Source of the DNA: Eledone cirrhosa
Taxonomy: Eukaryota
NCBI GenBank assembly: GCA_964016885.1
Contig: OZ024741.1
Span: 341,062,001-341,126,000 of the forward strand
Length of the DNA: 64,000 nucleotides
Reading direction: 5' to 3'
In this document: one piece after another, positions 1-13,809 of the stretch
Layout of the letters: every line of letters starts with the position of its first letter
How positions within the stretch are numbered: position 1 is the first letter of the stretch
Position numbers and translations under genes: made by a program
Notes under the pieces: generated by a model
What the model saw: only the letters and a program-made list of their open reading frames with translations
Told to the model about the DNA's origin: nothing
The model's database searches: none

Positions 1-1060
1 AATATAAATGATCGAGAATCGTATTTTGGCCTATGAAATAACGAAAAACAACCTCCGAGATGTGTGGCAAGTGCTCAATAGTTCAGAAGAACCAGAGCTA
101 CAACATACGTTAAAGGCCAAGCACACTGAGACGATGGTTAAACAATCATCCGCACAGTCAAAAAAGCGATCAAGTAATTCGGGTCAAACAAATAAAAATA
201 TATGTGATTGAAAATTTACCCGGACCCCTTGATGGGTGGTAAAATCCAGCATTTGGGTTTCTGCGACTCCTAAATCAAGTACTGTCCGCTTACATAAAAA
301 ATGTTAGGCTTCTGGTAAGATGATTGAACAGGAAGCCACTTTTTCAACAGGTTTTAGTTCAATGCTAATACAAGGAATGACTATTACTGACCCCACGTGG
401 GGACCGGCAAGGGAGGCAACCCCTATATTAGGCGAATGAATTCAGTTGTGTATATTATTGCAAGAATGCAAAAAATCACAAATCGAATAGAGTTCTCAAC
501 AGAAGGTTTAAAGTTAACATAAGCTATTCATCAGTCAATAGAATCAACTAACAAATCAAGAAAATTAACTGGTCAATAGCTAGACTCTGGAGATTAATAC
601 AAATATAAATTATCGAGAATCGTATTTCGGCCTATGAAATAACGAAATACAACCTCCGAGATGTGTGGCAAGTGCTAAATGGTTCAGAAGAACCAGAGCT
701 ACAACGTACGTTAAAGGCCAAACACACTGAGACGATGGTTAAACAATCATCCGCAAACCAAAAAAACGATCAAGTAATTCGGGTCAAACAAATAAAAATA
801 TTTCGGACTTTCGCAGTTATCTCCCTTACACCTCTCGCACGCAATTTAGTATTGCCTGAAGGAAGTGACCGTTTCTGCGCATGCGCGTTCGTACGGTTGT
901 CCTCCCTGTTCCGTATAACCATGTCCATTACAAGCTGAGGATCCGCTAAGGGGAAACAATTGTTCTCGGTATGGTGAACTAACTGTTGTGTAACCACTTC
1001 TACCTAACTCGTCCCATGGACTGAGTGAGTGCTCTACCACTACGGATATTACCTTCCAGT
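1..1060 (+). mobile_element. Penelope-like element end with partial tandem duplication (1-200 repeated at 602-800) and terminal hammerhead
   Basis: Direct repeat with ~601 bp period; minimal hammerhead at 929-971; ends in a (TA)n tract; a diverged homologous copy lies on the minus strand at ~62165-62757. Confidence 0.5.
929..971 (+). ncRNA. Minimal type I hammerhead ribozyme motif
   Basis: tacaag-CTGAGGA-tcc/gctaa/ggg-GAAAC-aatt-GTT-ctcggta; palindromic loop III; stem I imperfect. Confidence 0.6.
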
Positions 1061-1394
1061 GTTCTACTACTATATATATATATAGTTATATATATATTTA
1101 TATGTATATTAACAGTGGTCATAAAAGATACACCACACACACACACACACACACACATACACACATACACATACATATGTGGATGAGGTATTACCAGTAA
1201 GACAATTCGCTGCGTTTCACATATTTTTTTTTTGTAAGAAAATGATGATTGATTTTAAATCAGTGATATAATTTATGGAGAAAAACTCTGCATTTCAATA
1301 TTACTCAATGTAAAATGTAATGCATGAAAATATATCAAATCAAAATTACATCATTAAATATTATTCTTATTTTGTTTCTTGTAAATAATTTTTT

Positions 1395-2912
1395 TCAAAA
1401 TATCAATTCAAAACTTTTGTGAATAGGTATCATATCTTGTCATTTACCTATGGTTTAAATTTCTTATAAATCGAATGGAAACATTTTTCAGTGGGCGTTT
1501 GTGCCTCCAGGAAACTCTAATAGGGGTTTAACCCCCATTAGGGTCTCTTAATATTATTGAAATTTGCTGAAATTTTGTGAATAGGCATCATATCTTGTCA
1601 TTTACCTATGGTTTAAATCTATATACATAAATGGCAATTTCTGTCTGTTTGTTTGTGAACCTAAAAATCAAAAACTACCAAACAGATCTTGATGAATCTT
1701 GATACGTGTGTGGGGATCATGCCCATTTGATTTCTTACGTATATTTCATTTTAATCAAAGGGTTCCCCGGGGGTTCAAACTGAGAACCCCCGCTTAATTT
1801 TTTCCCTTCGATTTATATGGAATTTAAACCATAGGTAAATGACAAGATATGATGTCTATTCACAAAACTTCAGCAAATTTAAATAATATTAAGATAGCCT
1901 AATGGGGGTTAAGCCCCCTATAGTGATAATTTTCACCAATAAATGGAACAAGATTTCACGAACTCCTCCTATGGTTTTGGAGATAGACCCCCATAACCAT
2001 ATATATATTCTGAAACTACATTGCCCGGGCTACTTGGATAAGTATATTTCATTTTAATCAAAGGGTTCCCGGGGGCACAAAACCCCCGCTGAAAAATGTT
2101 TCCCTTCGATTTATATGAAATTTAAACTATAGGTAAATGACAAGATATGATACCTATTCACAAAATTTCAGCAATGAAACCCCCTAATGGGGGTTCTATT
2201 TTTTCCTTATATCAACTTCTCTGACAAACATTTTTTCGCCTGACCAATGCAATCAACAATATTTGTTTGTATTATTGTTTCGTAAATGAATTTGTCTTCG
2301 CTTTTGATTATCTGTTCTATATTTTGATTTCATTTTTGGTCTGAGAGGCATTGGGCATTTTAATGGGAACTGGGAATACCCCCGCTCCCGGGTATTACCG
2401 GGTACCTCAGCTAGTTTCATATAAATCGAAGGGAAAATTTTCAGCGGGCGTTTGTGCCCCCGGGGAACCCTTTGATTAAAATGAAATATACTTATCCAAG
2501 TACCCCGGGCAACGTAGTTTCAGAATATATATGGTTATGGGGGTCTATCTCCAAAACCATAGGAGGAGTTCGTGAAACCTTGTTTCATTTATTGGCCAAC
2601 ATTTTCACTATAGGGGGTTTAACCCCCATTAGGGGGTCTTAATATTATTGAAATTTGGTGAAATTTTGTGAATAGGCATCATACTTTATCATTTACCTAT
2701 GGTTTAAGTTTCATATAAATCGAAGGGAAAACATTTTCAGTGAGGGTTTTCAGCGGGGGCTTGTGTCCCCAGGAAACCTTTGATTATAATGAAATATACT
2801 TATCCAAGTACCCTGGGCAATGTAGTTTCAGAATATATGTGGTGATCTCCAAAACCATAGAAGTAGTTCGTTAACAATCAAACAGACAGGAATACAACTT
2901 TATATATATAGA
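1395..2912 (-). mobile_element. Host non-autonomous Helitron-like element with internal ~170-bp subrepeats (left boundary approximate)
   Basis: Sequence is the reverse complement of the 1740-2190 interior; minus-strand start tctatatatataaagttg near 2912. Confidence 0.55.
1618..2414 (+). mobile_element. Non-autonomous Helitron nested inside an inverted copy of the same repeat family
   Basis: 5' TC (a|tctatatac), 3' hairpin cccgggtattaccggg then CTAG|t; flanks rejoin as cctatggtttaaa|tttcatataaatcgaa, matching the uninterrupted unit at 1447-1476. Confidence 0.8.
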
Positions 2913-3081
2913 TATATAGATATATATGACAGTCGATCGACTTGGGCCGGGTGATGCATTATGTCCTTGAGCAAAACACGTTGCTCCTTCTACCTGGAGT
3001 TGCGACCGATAGATAGTATTAGCAATTGGAAAGACCAACGGAAACATTGTTTCCTCGGTCCCATTTGACGAAAGTCGATCG

Positions 3082-3169
<88 letters not shown>

Positions 3170-3174
<5 letters not shown>

Positions 3175-3772
3175 GGATGAATACCTCAACAGGCACTATG
3201 TACTTGTAGAAATATGCAAGGTGTTTATAATATTTGTGGTTCAATGGTACTAATTCGAGTTACCAGAACAATATAAAAATACCGGAGCAAGCGGTTATCA
3301 AACAATTCTCTAAATAAATTAAAAAACGATTTAATAATCACCTGTTCTATTGCTGTTACCGACGGTTTCATCATTCCAAAAGATTGGAAATCCAGAGAAT
3401 TTCCAATGGAAAGAAATGAATCTTCAGACAGCTTATTTCCTTACTATAAGGTAGCCAGCATTACAGTAAGTAAATATTTCGCTTCCTGCCCAATGCATGC
3501 GGTCAAGCCGTTAAAATGACACACACGCAAAATCAGGTCGCAGATAATAGCTGTTTATTATAAACGTGTTGATATTGCCACTAAAATTAGCAGCATTATT
3601 CAACGTTTTATTCTCTACATAAGGAGAAAAATTATAAAAGTGGATGAATACCTCAGCAGGCACTATGTACTTATAGAAATATGCAAGGTGTTTATAATAT
3701 TTGTGGAACAGGTGATTATTTAAATCGTTTTTTAATTTATTTAGAGAATTGTTTGATAACCGCTTGCTCCGC

Positions 3773-3775
<3 letters not shown>
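3170..3775 (-). mobile_element. PLE pseudo-LTR fragment with partial tandem and inversion; second copy at 13806-13998
   Basis: aagtggatgaatacctc... occurs at 3170, 3637 and 13806; 3705-3772 is an inverted copy of 3282-3347; flanked by (TA)n; contains a hammerhead. Confidence 0.6.
3352..3432 (-). ncRNA. Type I hammerhead ribozyme with long stem II
   Basis: Minus strand: gctgt-CTGAAGA-ttcatttc...attggaaat/atttccaat...gaatgat-GAAAC-cgtcg-GTA-acagc; perfect 5-bp stem I. Confidence 0.75.
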
Positions 3776-3845
<70 letters not shown>

Positions 3846-4260
3846 GTGTGTATATATATATATATATATACACACGTGTGTGTGTGTACAAGAGACCTCC
3901 TTTAGTTTAAATTGATGTTCATACACTTAACATGTATGCAGGTTTGGTTATAGCTACCACTGTATCGCGAAGTAACGGTTTTAAACTGGCCTCACTTGTC
4001 CTTGCGCCCAACAAGAGCGGCCAGCTTGAGAACCGCTACTGGACCTCGAAACCTAAGGTTGCATATACATGTTAAATGGATGAACTTTGATATAAACTAT
4101 ATATATGTATATATATATATCATAATGGAAACGGTGAAAACTAGTTAGATCGTTAATCACCAGAGTACTCGATACTTGTGGTAGTAGAGTGCCTAATATG
4201 AAAATTCGGGACCACGATGGTTGAGCTCCTGCCGTTTCAGCCGTCGTGGTCCCGAATTTT

Positions 4261-4312
<52 letters not shown>

Positions 4313-4317
<5 letters not shown>

Positions 4318-4912
4318 TCGTTTTGGAAGCCTCAACAATGCAGATGAGTAATTTTCTGGGTAACAAGATCCGGTGGTGAAGAGAGAGATGTAAGTGAATG
4401 TAGAATGAGATGTATAGTGTGTAGAAGAACGTAGGAAAGAGTGTAAAAAATAAAAATAATAACACGAAATAGAGTTACCTTGGGAGAGATTTAATTGACC
4501 CTATATTTCGGATTCACATCCATCAACTGGGGGGTTTTCTGGGGGGGGGGGGGAGCTTATCTGTCGGAGAGGAGCGATACGTGTCCTCTGATGTTCGTTG
4601 TTTTGAATAACTGACGTATTCAGCAACGAAATTCAAAATAACGAACAGCAGAGGACACGTATCGCTCCTCTCCGACATATAACCCCCCCCCCCCCCAGTT
4701 GATGGATGTGAATCCGAAATATAGGGTCAATTAAATCTCTCCCAAGGTAACTCTATCTCGTGTTATTATTTTTATTTTTTACACTCTTTCTTACGTTCTT
4801 CTACACACTATACATCTCATTCTACATTCACTTACATCTCTCTGTTCACCACCGGATCTTGTTACCCAGAGAATTACCCATCTGCATTGTTGAGGCTTCC
4901 AAAACGACCAAA
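4313..4912. repeat. ~600-bp fold-back palindrome (arms ~295 bp), probably an inverted PLE 3' end
   Basis: 4313-4607 is the near-perfect reverse complement of 4633-4912; flanked by (TA)n. Confidence 0.85.
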
Positions 4913-5419
4913 AGATATATATATATGTGTGTGTGTATGTGTGAAAAGGGTCAGGACCCCGATGGCTGAGCTCCGGCCGTTTCGACAACTAGATCCGAAC
5001 TAAACCAGTAGTATTAGGACGGTATATATATATATACGGGGTAACAAATTATTGTTATAGGTAGTCCACTTAAGTGTAGTCCAGTTATGGTACTCCGTGT
5101 AGTGGATGATATCAACGCTTGGCTAAGTTTGACTCAACAAGGCGTTTCCATAGTGATGCTGCGAGTACGCTGTAATTCCTATGTTGTAAACACTTGGAGT
5201 AATGATAAATCAGGAAAGAAGAGTGACACGGTTTGCTATACAAAAAAGGTTTTTAATCTCATTGCTGACAATTGTTTCTCTGAACTGGTAGGTCTAGAGA
5301 TCGCTACCCGCTTATTTCACGTTATTCGATCACCAATACAAAGTTATAACCAGTCAATTCATCGGAGCTTGTGAGAATGAACAGAATATACAGGGATGGC
5401 TACTATATATAGTAGTAAT

Positions 5420-5621
5420 TGTTTCTACTTTAGGCACAAGGCCTGCAATTAACCAGTGCATTATTGGTACTTTATTTTATCGACCCCGTAAGGATGAAAG
5501 GCAAAGTCAACCTCGGCGGGATTTGACCTCAGATCGTAAAGGGACGTAACTATGCTGGAAAGCATGGCGTCCGACCCTCTACCGATACTGCCAATCCACC
5601 GCCCTATCAATCCACCATCCC
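5420..5621 (-). mobile_element. tRNA-type SINE inserted in the left PLE pseudo-LTR
   Basis: Absent from the sister arm at ~8930; target duplication ctatatatagtagtaat on both sides; core ttgactttgcctttcatccttacggggtcgataaaataaagtacca. Confidence 0.9.
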
Positions 5622-6550
5622 CTATATATAGTAGTAATGGCATTCAATCAGAACAATAACAACAATACTAACAATGCTAACAATAAATTATTTGAAATAA
5701 TCATAACATCAATCTAGGTGGGAAGTATAGTATATCTACGATTTTAGCCTGTAAAACTAGCTGACATGAGGCAGATGTATAAAATTGACATGTAAAAGCT
5801 GTCATGGGGTGTATTATATCTAGTGTAAAGATAAGCCGGTGTCTTTAAACAATGTAGGTCTGGTGGCCGTAAGAATCGTTTATGATCTGACAGATGAAGA
5901 ATTTATCACTGTAGTGAGATTTGTGTGGTCTATATTAGATGAAAGGGTTGTCTAGCTTTCTCATCATCAATAACATACATGTATAAGACAACATTAACAG
6001 AGTAGCAATATAATGGGCAAGTTAATACAGAAGTTAAGGAGACAATATATATATATACATACATGCATAACATATATATATATATATACATACACATATA
6101 TACATATAAAGAGAAAACAGGCTGACTATAATTATAACAGGAGGAAGGTAAATTTCTGTTATAGTAGTATTTTGAAATGTTCTTGGATTTAGGTTCAAGT
6201 GCTGACAGCAGCAGAGAAGAGATATGTTTATGGGTTGATGAGATACTTACAGACATTAGTGTGGTATAGAACTAAGAAGGCTAGAATGTACTTAATGATT
6301 ATATTTCTGTGGATATGGATGCATAGTAGTCGTTTATATCAAATTGTATGAAGTTACATGTGTCCCTATTTCGTATTTTATCGCTTCGTTAGTGTTACCC
6401 CATAAATTGATTTCTAGTTTACCCTTTATTTGTGCGATTACCCTATCTAGAATGTTCTTGCTAATTTTACCTATATCTGACTTAGATGGGCATATTAATC
6501 TAATAGTAGGGTTTGTTTAAAAATTATTTTTGTGATCCTTCAGGTTAAAT

Positions 6551-8190
6551 GTGATACAATTTGATATAAACGACTACTATGCATCCATATCCCCAGCCAC
6601 CCTAGATAAAGCGCTTATATTTACCCAAAATAACTCCGATCTTACCCCTGAGGAAATTGAAATAATAATAGCGGCTAGAAGGACTATCATCAAATTTGAA
6701 AATAGCTACTGGGTAAGAAGAGATCGGATAAACAGCTTCGATACCACAATGGGATCAAATGACTTTGCGCAAATCACTGACATCGTGGGGCTATTCATAG
6801 CACACAACCTACATAAGGAATTCAGTAACCTCCAAGGAGGGATTTATAGAGACGACACGCTCCTTATAGCTAAGAACTTAAACAACCAGAGCATGGAAAG
6901 ATTAATAAAAAACATTAGAACATTCTTCAAAAAACTAGGCCTAAGTATTACCTACGAACTGAACCATAAGAAGGTAAACTTTCTAGATGTGACTCTAAAT
7001 CTAAATACGGGATTAATAGAACCTTTCCACAAAAATAATGAAAATCTGGCCTACATTAGTTATAACTCAAACCACCCCAAATCCATAATCAGATCCATAG
7101 CACGTAGTATATCCCTTAGAATATCCCGCTTATCCTCAAACCTAGAAATTTTTAATGAACATGCTAACTATTATAACGCAGCATTACATAGGGCTGGACA
7201 TAAAGATAAACTGCAGTATATAGCGAATAAAGACAACTTAAACAAACCTAATAGCAATTACACCAACCGCTCACACAAAAATAGAGGTAACAGGACTAGA
7301 CATAGGGTTAGGCACGTAGCACCTAGAGTAAGCGGTCCAAACACCAATAATGTAAACCCTAGAAACAATAGAAGAATCAGAGAAAGAAAATACCTATGGT
7401 TCAACCCAATCTTCAACTCCTCTGTAAAACCAGACTGCCTTCTACATTCTTTAAACTAATAGATAAACACTTCCCTATTTAACACAGATATCATAAAATA
7501 CTCAATAGAAACACTATAAAACTCTCATACTCTACGGCAGCAAATATAGAATCGCACATACGTAAGATCAACCACAGAAATATCTCTAGGGAATCCGCCC
7601 CACCTATGCGCAACATAGCACCAAATTATAAGCATAAACACATCACAGTATCTCAACCGCAAGCGCATACAAGCACGCAGCAGCAAAACCCCAACGGGCA
7701 TGAATCACAACCCACTTATAGCAGTGTACAAAACAGCAGTGTAGAAGCAGCACGAAATAACACCTCAAACTGTAACTGTCACCTACCGGATAGGTGCCCA
7801 TTGGCGAATAGATGCCTCGATTCGAGCCTAGTGTACATGTGTACGGTCAACTCAGACAACTCCACTTGGCATTACATTGGATCCACCGTGGGTACTTTTA
7901 AAAAAAGATGGTATGTGCACAGACACTCGATGAAAAATCGTCTACTTATGGGTTCTACAACCCTCGCCAAAAAAATCTGGGAATTTAAGGACAACACCAA
8001 CTACAGTATCAACTGGTCGAGGTTGTCGGCCGCAAAGACCTACAGTACCGGTATGTCCCACTGTAGGCTATGTGATCTAGAATTACTGTATATCCTTAGA
8101 AATGTAAAAAGGCTACTTAACAAGTTAGAAAGATCTATCTTCTGCAGACACTGGATCGCCACTAAATTCACAAGATTTAAACCTCCGTGA
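6551..8190 (+). pseudogene. Disrupted PLE RT + GIY-YIG endonuclease ORF (frameshift/stop near 7430-7480)
   Basis: ORFs 6551-7459 and 7606-8190; the intervening frame reads HRYHKILNRNTIKLSYS, typical of this PLE group. Confidence 0.88.
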
Positions 8191-8970
8191 ATCGAACCGA
8201 CGTAACCTAGCTTTCAACTTAGGATACCCACTACACTGCACGAACCACCACAGAAATATAATCATTAAGTACATTCTAACCTTCTTAGTTCTATACCACA
8301 CTAATGTCTGTAAGTACCTCATCAACCCATAAATATATCTCTTCTCAGCTGCTGTCAGCACTTGAACCTAAATCCAAGAACATTTCAAAATACTACTACA
8401 ACAGAACTTTACCTTCCTCCTGTTATAATTATAGTCAGCATGTTTTCTCTTTATATGTATATATGTGTATGTATATATATATATATATGTATGCATGTAT
8501 GTATATATATATATATATATTGTCTCCTTAACCTCTGTATTAACTTGCCCATTATATTGCTACTCTGTTAATGTTGTCTTATATATGTATGTTATTGATG
8601 ATGAGAAAGCTAGACAACCCTTTCATCTAATATAGACCACACAAATCTCACTACAGTGATAAATTCTTCATCTGTCAGATCATAAACGATTCTTACGGCC
8701 ACCAGACCTATATTGTTTAAAGACACCGGCTTATCTTTACACTAGATATAATACACCCCATGACAGCTTTTACATGTCAATTTTATACATCTGCCTCATG
8801 TCAGCTAGTTTTACAGGCTAAAATCGTAGATATACTATACTTCCCACCTAGATTGATGTTGTGATTATTTCAAATAATTTATTGCTAGCATTGTTAGTAT
8901 TGTTTTTATTGTTCTGATTGAATGCCATTACTACTATATATAGTAGCCATCCCTGTATATTCTTTTCATT

Positions 8971-9088
8971 CTCACAAGCTCCGATGAATTGACTGGTTAT
9001 AACTTTGTATTGGTGATCGAATAACGTGAAATAAGCGGGTAGCGATCTCTAGACCTACCAGTTCAGAGAAACAATTGTCAGCAATGAG
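8971..9088 (+). ncRNA. Type I hammerhead with 80-nt expanded domain II (inverted copy at 5258-5375)
   Basis: ctca-caa-gct-CCGATGA-[80 nt]-GAAAC-aatt-GTC-agc-aa-tgag; core has a U4C variant. Confidence 0.7.
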
Positions 9089-9156
9089 ATTAAAAACCTT
9101 TTTTGTATAGCAAACCGTATCACTCTTCTTTCCTGATTTATATATATATATATAGA

Positions 9157-9871
9157 AAGATTTGAATGGATACAGTTTAGTTGAAAGGAATTTATTGACA
9201 CGTGTTTCTATAACAGTTACATAACCTGAAAACAGCTGCTATCTACAAAGTATTAGTTATGCAGACATTCAATATTTCAATGTTATTATTTACTGTCATT
9301 TCATCAGAATAATATTACTGAGGACCTGTTTGGTTTTTATAGAGAATATTAGGAGGGAGGGGTGAAGTTGTTAGAAGAATAGTTGAGGGAGTGGTTTTTT
9401 GATAGCAGTGAGAATTTTTGGTGGCAGTGAGTAATTAGATTCCCATCTGTTGTTTTGATATTTTTATAGAATATATTATTGGTTATTTTTCTAAATCTAT
9501 AGAAGGATTAGAGATAGTAAAGATATGCGTGGTTGGTTTTGTGTTTGCACTTAATTAACATTCAGACTTAATTTTTTCTTTCAAGTGTACGTATCCTTTC
9601 ACCCACGCATTCACACACAAACATATTTGCACACCTCTACAAAATACATATACTCACATTCACATAGTAACATGTTCATACTTACATACATATACACATG
9701 CATACATATATATATACACACATGTATTCATGTACATACATACGCGTTCATGTGTATACATTTTCATACTCAACTTATCTTTATATACACACGTATAGAC
9801 ACACACATATATACATACATACTCTAGTCTATGTGTATATATATACATATACATATATATCTATATATATA

Positions 9872-9927
<56 letters not shown>

Positions 9928-11577
9928 TATATATATATATATATAAGCACTATAATACATGAATACACTTACATCTAACTATACACATCCAACATATATA
10001 TATATTTACTTATCTATATACATATATACATTTTCACATATATATACATACTTATGGTCGCTTTTAGACACATTCATTATCGCATTTTTGCACCTATTCT
10101 CATCAGCATATCTTTCCATTATTAGTGTGGTAATTTGAGGTTATTAATATACATATATATGTTGAGAAGAGATTGTTTTTATATTTTTCTAACTAGATTG
10201 AGGTTTATATAGTTGGGGGGATGTCCCACTTTTATGTAATATTCGGCTTGTAGTGGGAAAAAAGGGTTTTAGTTCGGTGACGGCAGAATAATGTTCGTTC
10301 AATTCTGTTATTCAGAAATTTCTCTATCTTCTAACATACAAGTATTTAAGGAACACGCCGAGTACTACGATAACGCCCTTAATAAAGCAGGCTACCTCAA
10401 CAAAATAGAGTATATAGATGGGAACAATCAAAACACCCAAAATAAATCCCACATAGGTAGATATAATAACACAACACCAAACCACACTTACTACCATAGT
10501 ATGCACACCAGTAAACCAACAAACAAAACTAATAGAAAGCGATGCAAAGAGTACTTATGGTATAACCCCGAATACAATAGTTCCATTAGTACAAATTTAC
10601 CAGTACTCTTCTTTAAAATAATTAAGAGACATTTTCCTACATCACACAAATACCACAAAATCCTAAACCCTACCACTATAAGACTGTCATACTCTACAGC
10701 GTTAAACCTTGAACAACACATAAAAAAGATCAATACTAGAAGGTTAAACGAAAACACTAAAAACTTAAGTACAAAGAACACAAAAAAAACAGTAGACAAT
10801 ACACTACAAAACATAAATAAACCACACCTAAGTTCGTCCGCAATACTACTCCAGAGAAAACCCAACGTACACAACTGTAACTGCACCTATCCTGACAACT
10901 GCTCCCTCGGCAATAACTGCCTGGAAAAAAATATTATTTATAAGTGTACCATTAAATCCGGAGGCAACGAGTGGTATTACGTGGGATCAACGGCAACATC
11001 GTTTAAATCTCGATTATATAGGCATTCTTACTCAATAAAACACCAGAGCCAAAGAAATATAACAACTTTAGCAGAAAAAGCTTGGACGCTCAGGGATAGC
11101 GATCAAAAGTTTACCCTAAAATGGGAGAAATTAGCTAAAACCCAAAGCTTTTCCAGGAGCCAAAATTTCTGCAAATTGTGTAATCTTGAGATTTATTACA
11201 TAATCACACACAAGAAGAAATTGCTGAATAACAGAATTGAACGAACATTATTCTGCCGAACTAAAACCCTTTTTTCCCACTACAAGCCGAATATTACATA
11301 AAAGTGAGACATCCCCCCAACTATATAAACCTCAATCTAGTTAGAAAAATATAAAAACAATCTCTTCTCAACATATAAATGTATATTAATAACCTCAAAT
11401 TACCACACTAATAATGGAAAGATATGCTGATGAGAATAGGTGCAAAAATGCGATAATGAATGTGTCTAAAAGCGACCATAAGTATATATATATATGTGAA
11501 AATGTATATAAATAAGTAAATATATATATATGTTTGATGTGTATAGTTAGATGTAAGTGTATTCATGTATTAAAGTG

Positions 11578-11625
<48 letters not shown>

Positions 11626-11862
11626 ATATATAGATAAATCTACCAAGAGTTTACGGTAGTGTCCAATCCGTATGAAGAACTCAATGTAATCAGGATATCA
11701 TGGAAAGAAGAGATGCATTCAAAAATCCCTTTCGGTGAAAGATAAACGGAATACAGAGTCAAGATAAAATATTAAAAAAATAATGAATAAAACAATGAAA
11801 CAGTTCCTTTGTTTAATATAAGGAACTGTTTCATTGTTTTATTCATTATTTTTTTAATATTT

Positions 11863-11931
<69 letters not shown>

Positions 11932-12705
11932 TATGTATATGTATATATATACACATAGACTAGAGTATGTATGTATATATGTGTGTGTCTATACGTGTGT
12001 ATATAAAGATAAGTTGAGTATGAAAATGTATACACATGAACGCGTATGTATGTACATGAATACATGTGTGTATATATATGTGTATATGTATGTAAGTATG
12101 AACATGTTACTATGTGAATGTGAGTATATGTATTTTGTAGAGGTGTGCAAATATGTTTGTGTGTGAATGCGTGGGTGAAAGGATACGTACACTTGAAAGA
12201 AAAATTTAAGTCTGAATGTTAATTAAGTGCAAACACAAAACCAACCACGCATATCTTTACTATCTCTAATCCTTCTATAGATTTAGAAAAATAACCAATA
12301 ATATATTCTATAAAAATGTCAAAACAACAGATGGGAATCTAATTACTCACTGCCACCAAAAATTCTCACTGCTATCAAAAAACCACTCCCTCAACTATTC
12401 TTCTAACAACTTCACCCCTCCCTCCTAATATTCTCTATAAAAACCAAACAGGTCCTCAGTAATATTATTCTGATGAAATGACAGTAAATAATAACATTGA
12501 AATATTGAATGTCTACATAACTAATACTTTGTAGATAGCAGCTGTTTTCAGGTTATGTAACTGTTATAGAAACACGTGTCAATAAATTCCTTTCAACTAA
12601 ACTGTATCCATTCAAATCTTTCTATTTTTCTCCGGATTACTTTTGGAACTACAACTGGAACCGTCGAGCAAACTCTACGTGAGCTGTCAATCTACTGTGT
12701 GTAAT
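9157..12705 (+). mobile_element. Second PLE: 5'-truncated thumb/GIY-YIG ORF (10291-11301) between inverted pseudo-LTRs
   Basis: ORF has WYNPEYN, CNC-x5-C, YKC...YVG, CKLC; 9157-10315 is the reverse complement of 11215-11580 plus 11930-12625. Confidence 0.9.
12465..12585 (+). ncRNA. Type I hammerhead with 92-nt branched domain II (copies at ~9191-9311 minus and ~60294-60410 plus)
   Basis: ttatt-CTGATGA-aatgacagt...actgttata-GAAAC-acgt-GTC-aataa. Confidence 0.8.
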
Positions 12706-12739
12706 ATTTATATATATTACAACACAACGGAAAATACTG

Positions 12740-12791
<52 letters not shown>

Positions 12792-12981
12792 AGTGTGTAT
12801 GTATATATGTATATATATATATATATGTGTGTGTGTGTATATATGCGTGTGTGTGTCTATGATCAGTGTATTTAGATCACAGACACCCACATATATATAT
12901 ATATATACACACACACATACATATATATATATGTATACATACACACACATTTATATATATACACACACACACACACACATA

Positions 12982-13061
<80 letters not shown>

Positions 13062-13176
13062 AGCCTTCCAGTTTCATTTCACATTATATACATGTCTGGG
13101 TATATTTTGATTATTTAAAAATAATTTTTAAGTGGTCTAATATTTATATTTAGTTCGAATAAAACCGTCTCTCTTA

Positions 13177-13649
13177 TCTAAACTATAATAAAGTAAGAAG
13201 CGCGGACTGCGTACGGTTTATAATTTCTTATCCCTTTAGTTGGATTATTTTGAATAAATAATGAATGAATATTACATAATTTATCTACTAAATTTCGTGG
13301 CTGTTCATTAAATATATTTTATTATTTATTTAAAGATTCACTTCTTTAAAATTTTCAAATGTCAACACTTCCGGTGGCGATCGCTTAAATAAACATATTA
13401 ATTTTCTCTCACTAATTTTCTCCTAATGCAGTTTATATATAATATCGTCTTTTTTTTTTAATGTATCATGGATTACGTTACTGATTACATAAGACAATGT
13501 AACAAAACTCTCTTCAATTTCTGTGTATATTGTCGATTACGATTTTATTTGACGTATCATATCTACATGTATATATACTTGCGTATAATATCAATGTACA
13601 CACTACACATGCTAGCAGAAAACCTCCCGAAGGATGGTTTTTCTGCTAG
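13177..13649 (+). mobile_element. Non-autonomous Helitron
   Basis: a|TC start shared with 55510; 3' palindrome gctagcagaaaacc...ggtttttctgCTAG|t. Confidence 0.7.
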
Positions 13650-13739
13650 TTTATTATGATTATGTTGGGTCGTCAAGTTGTGACATTTGTAGAAATTTGT
13701 AGAAAAAAACAAATTTCTACAAATTTCATACTTGATGAC

Positions 13740-13809
<70 letters not shown>

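Larger units (their letters stand above)
5205..9140 (+). mobile_element. Penelope-like retroelement (Naiad-type motifs), 5'-truncated with inverted pseudo-LTR
   Basis: RT motifs FDINDYYASI, MGS, YRDD; linker CNC-x5-CPL; GIY-YIG (YMC...YIG) with CRLC; 5205-6310 is the reverse complement of 8249-9140. Confidence 0.92.

Noticed and set aside
8984-9070. SECIS element in hammerhead domain II
   Set aside because: ATGA...GA pairs are simply the hammerhead core; the sister motif lacks RUGA at that place and the conserved Cys codons in the ORFs are TGY.
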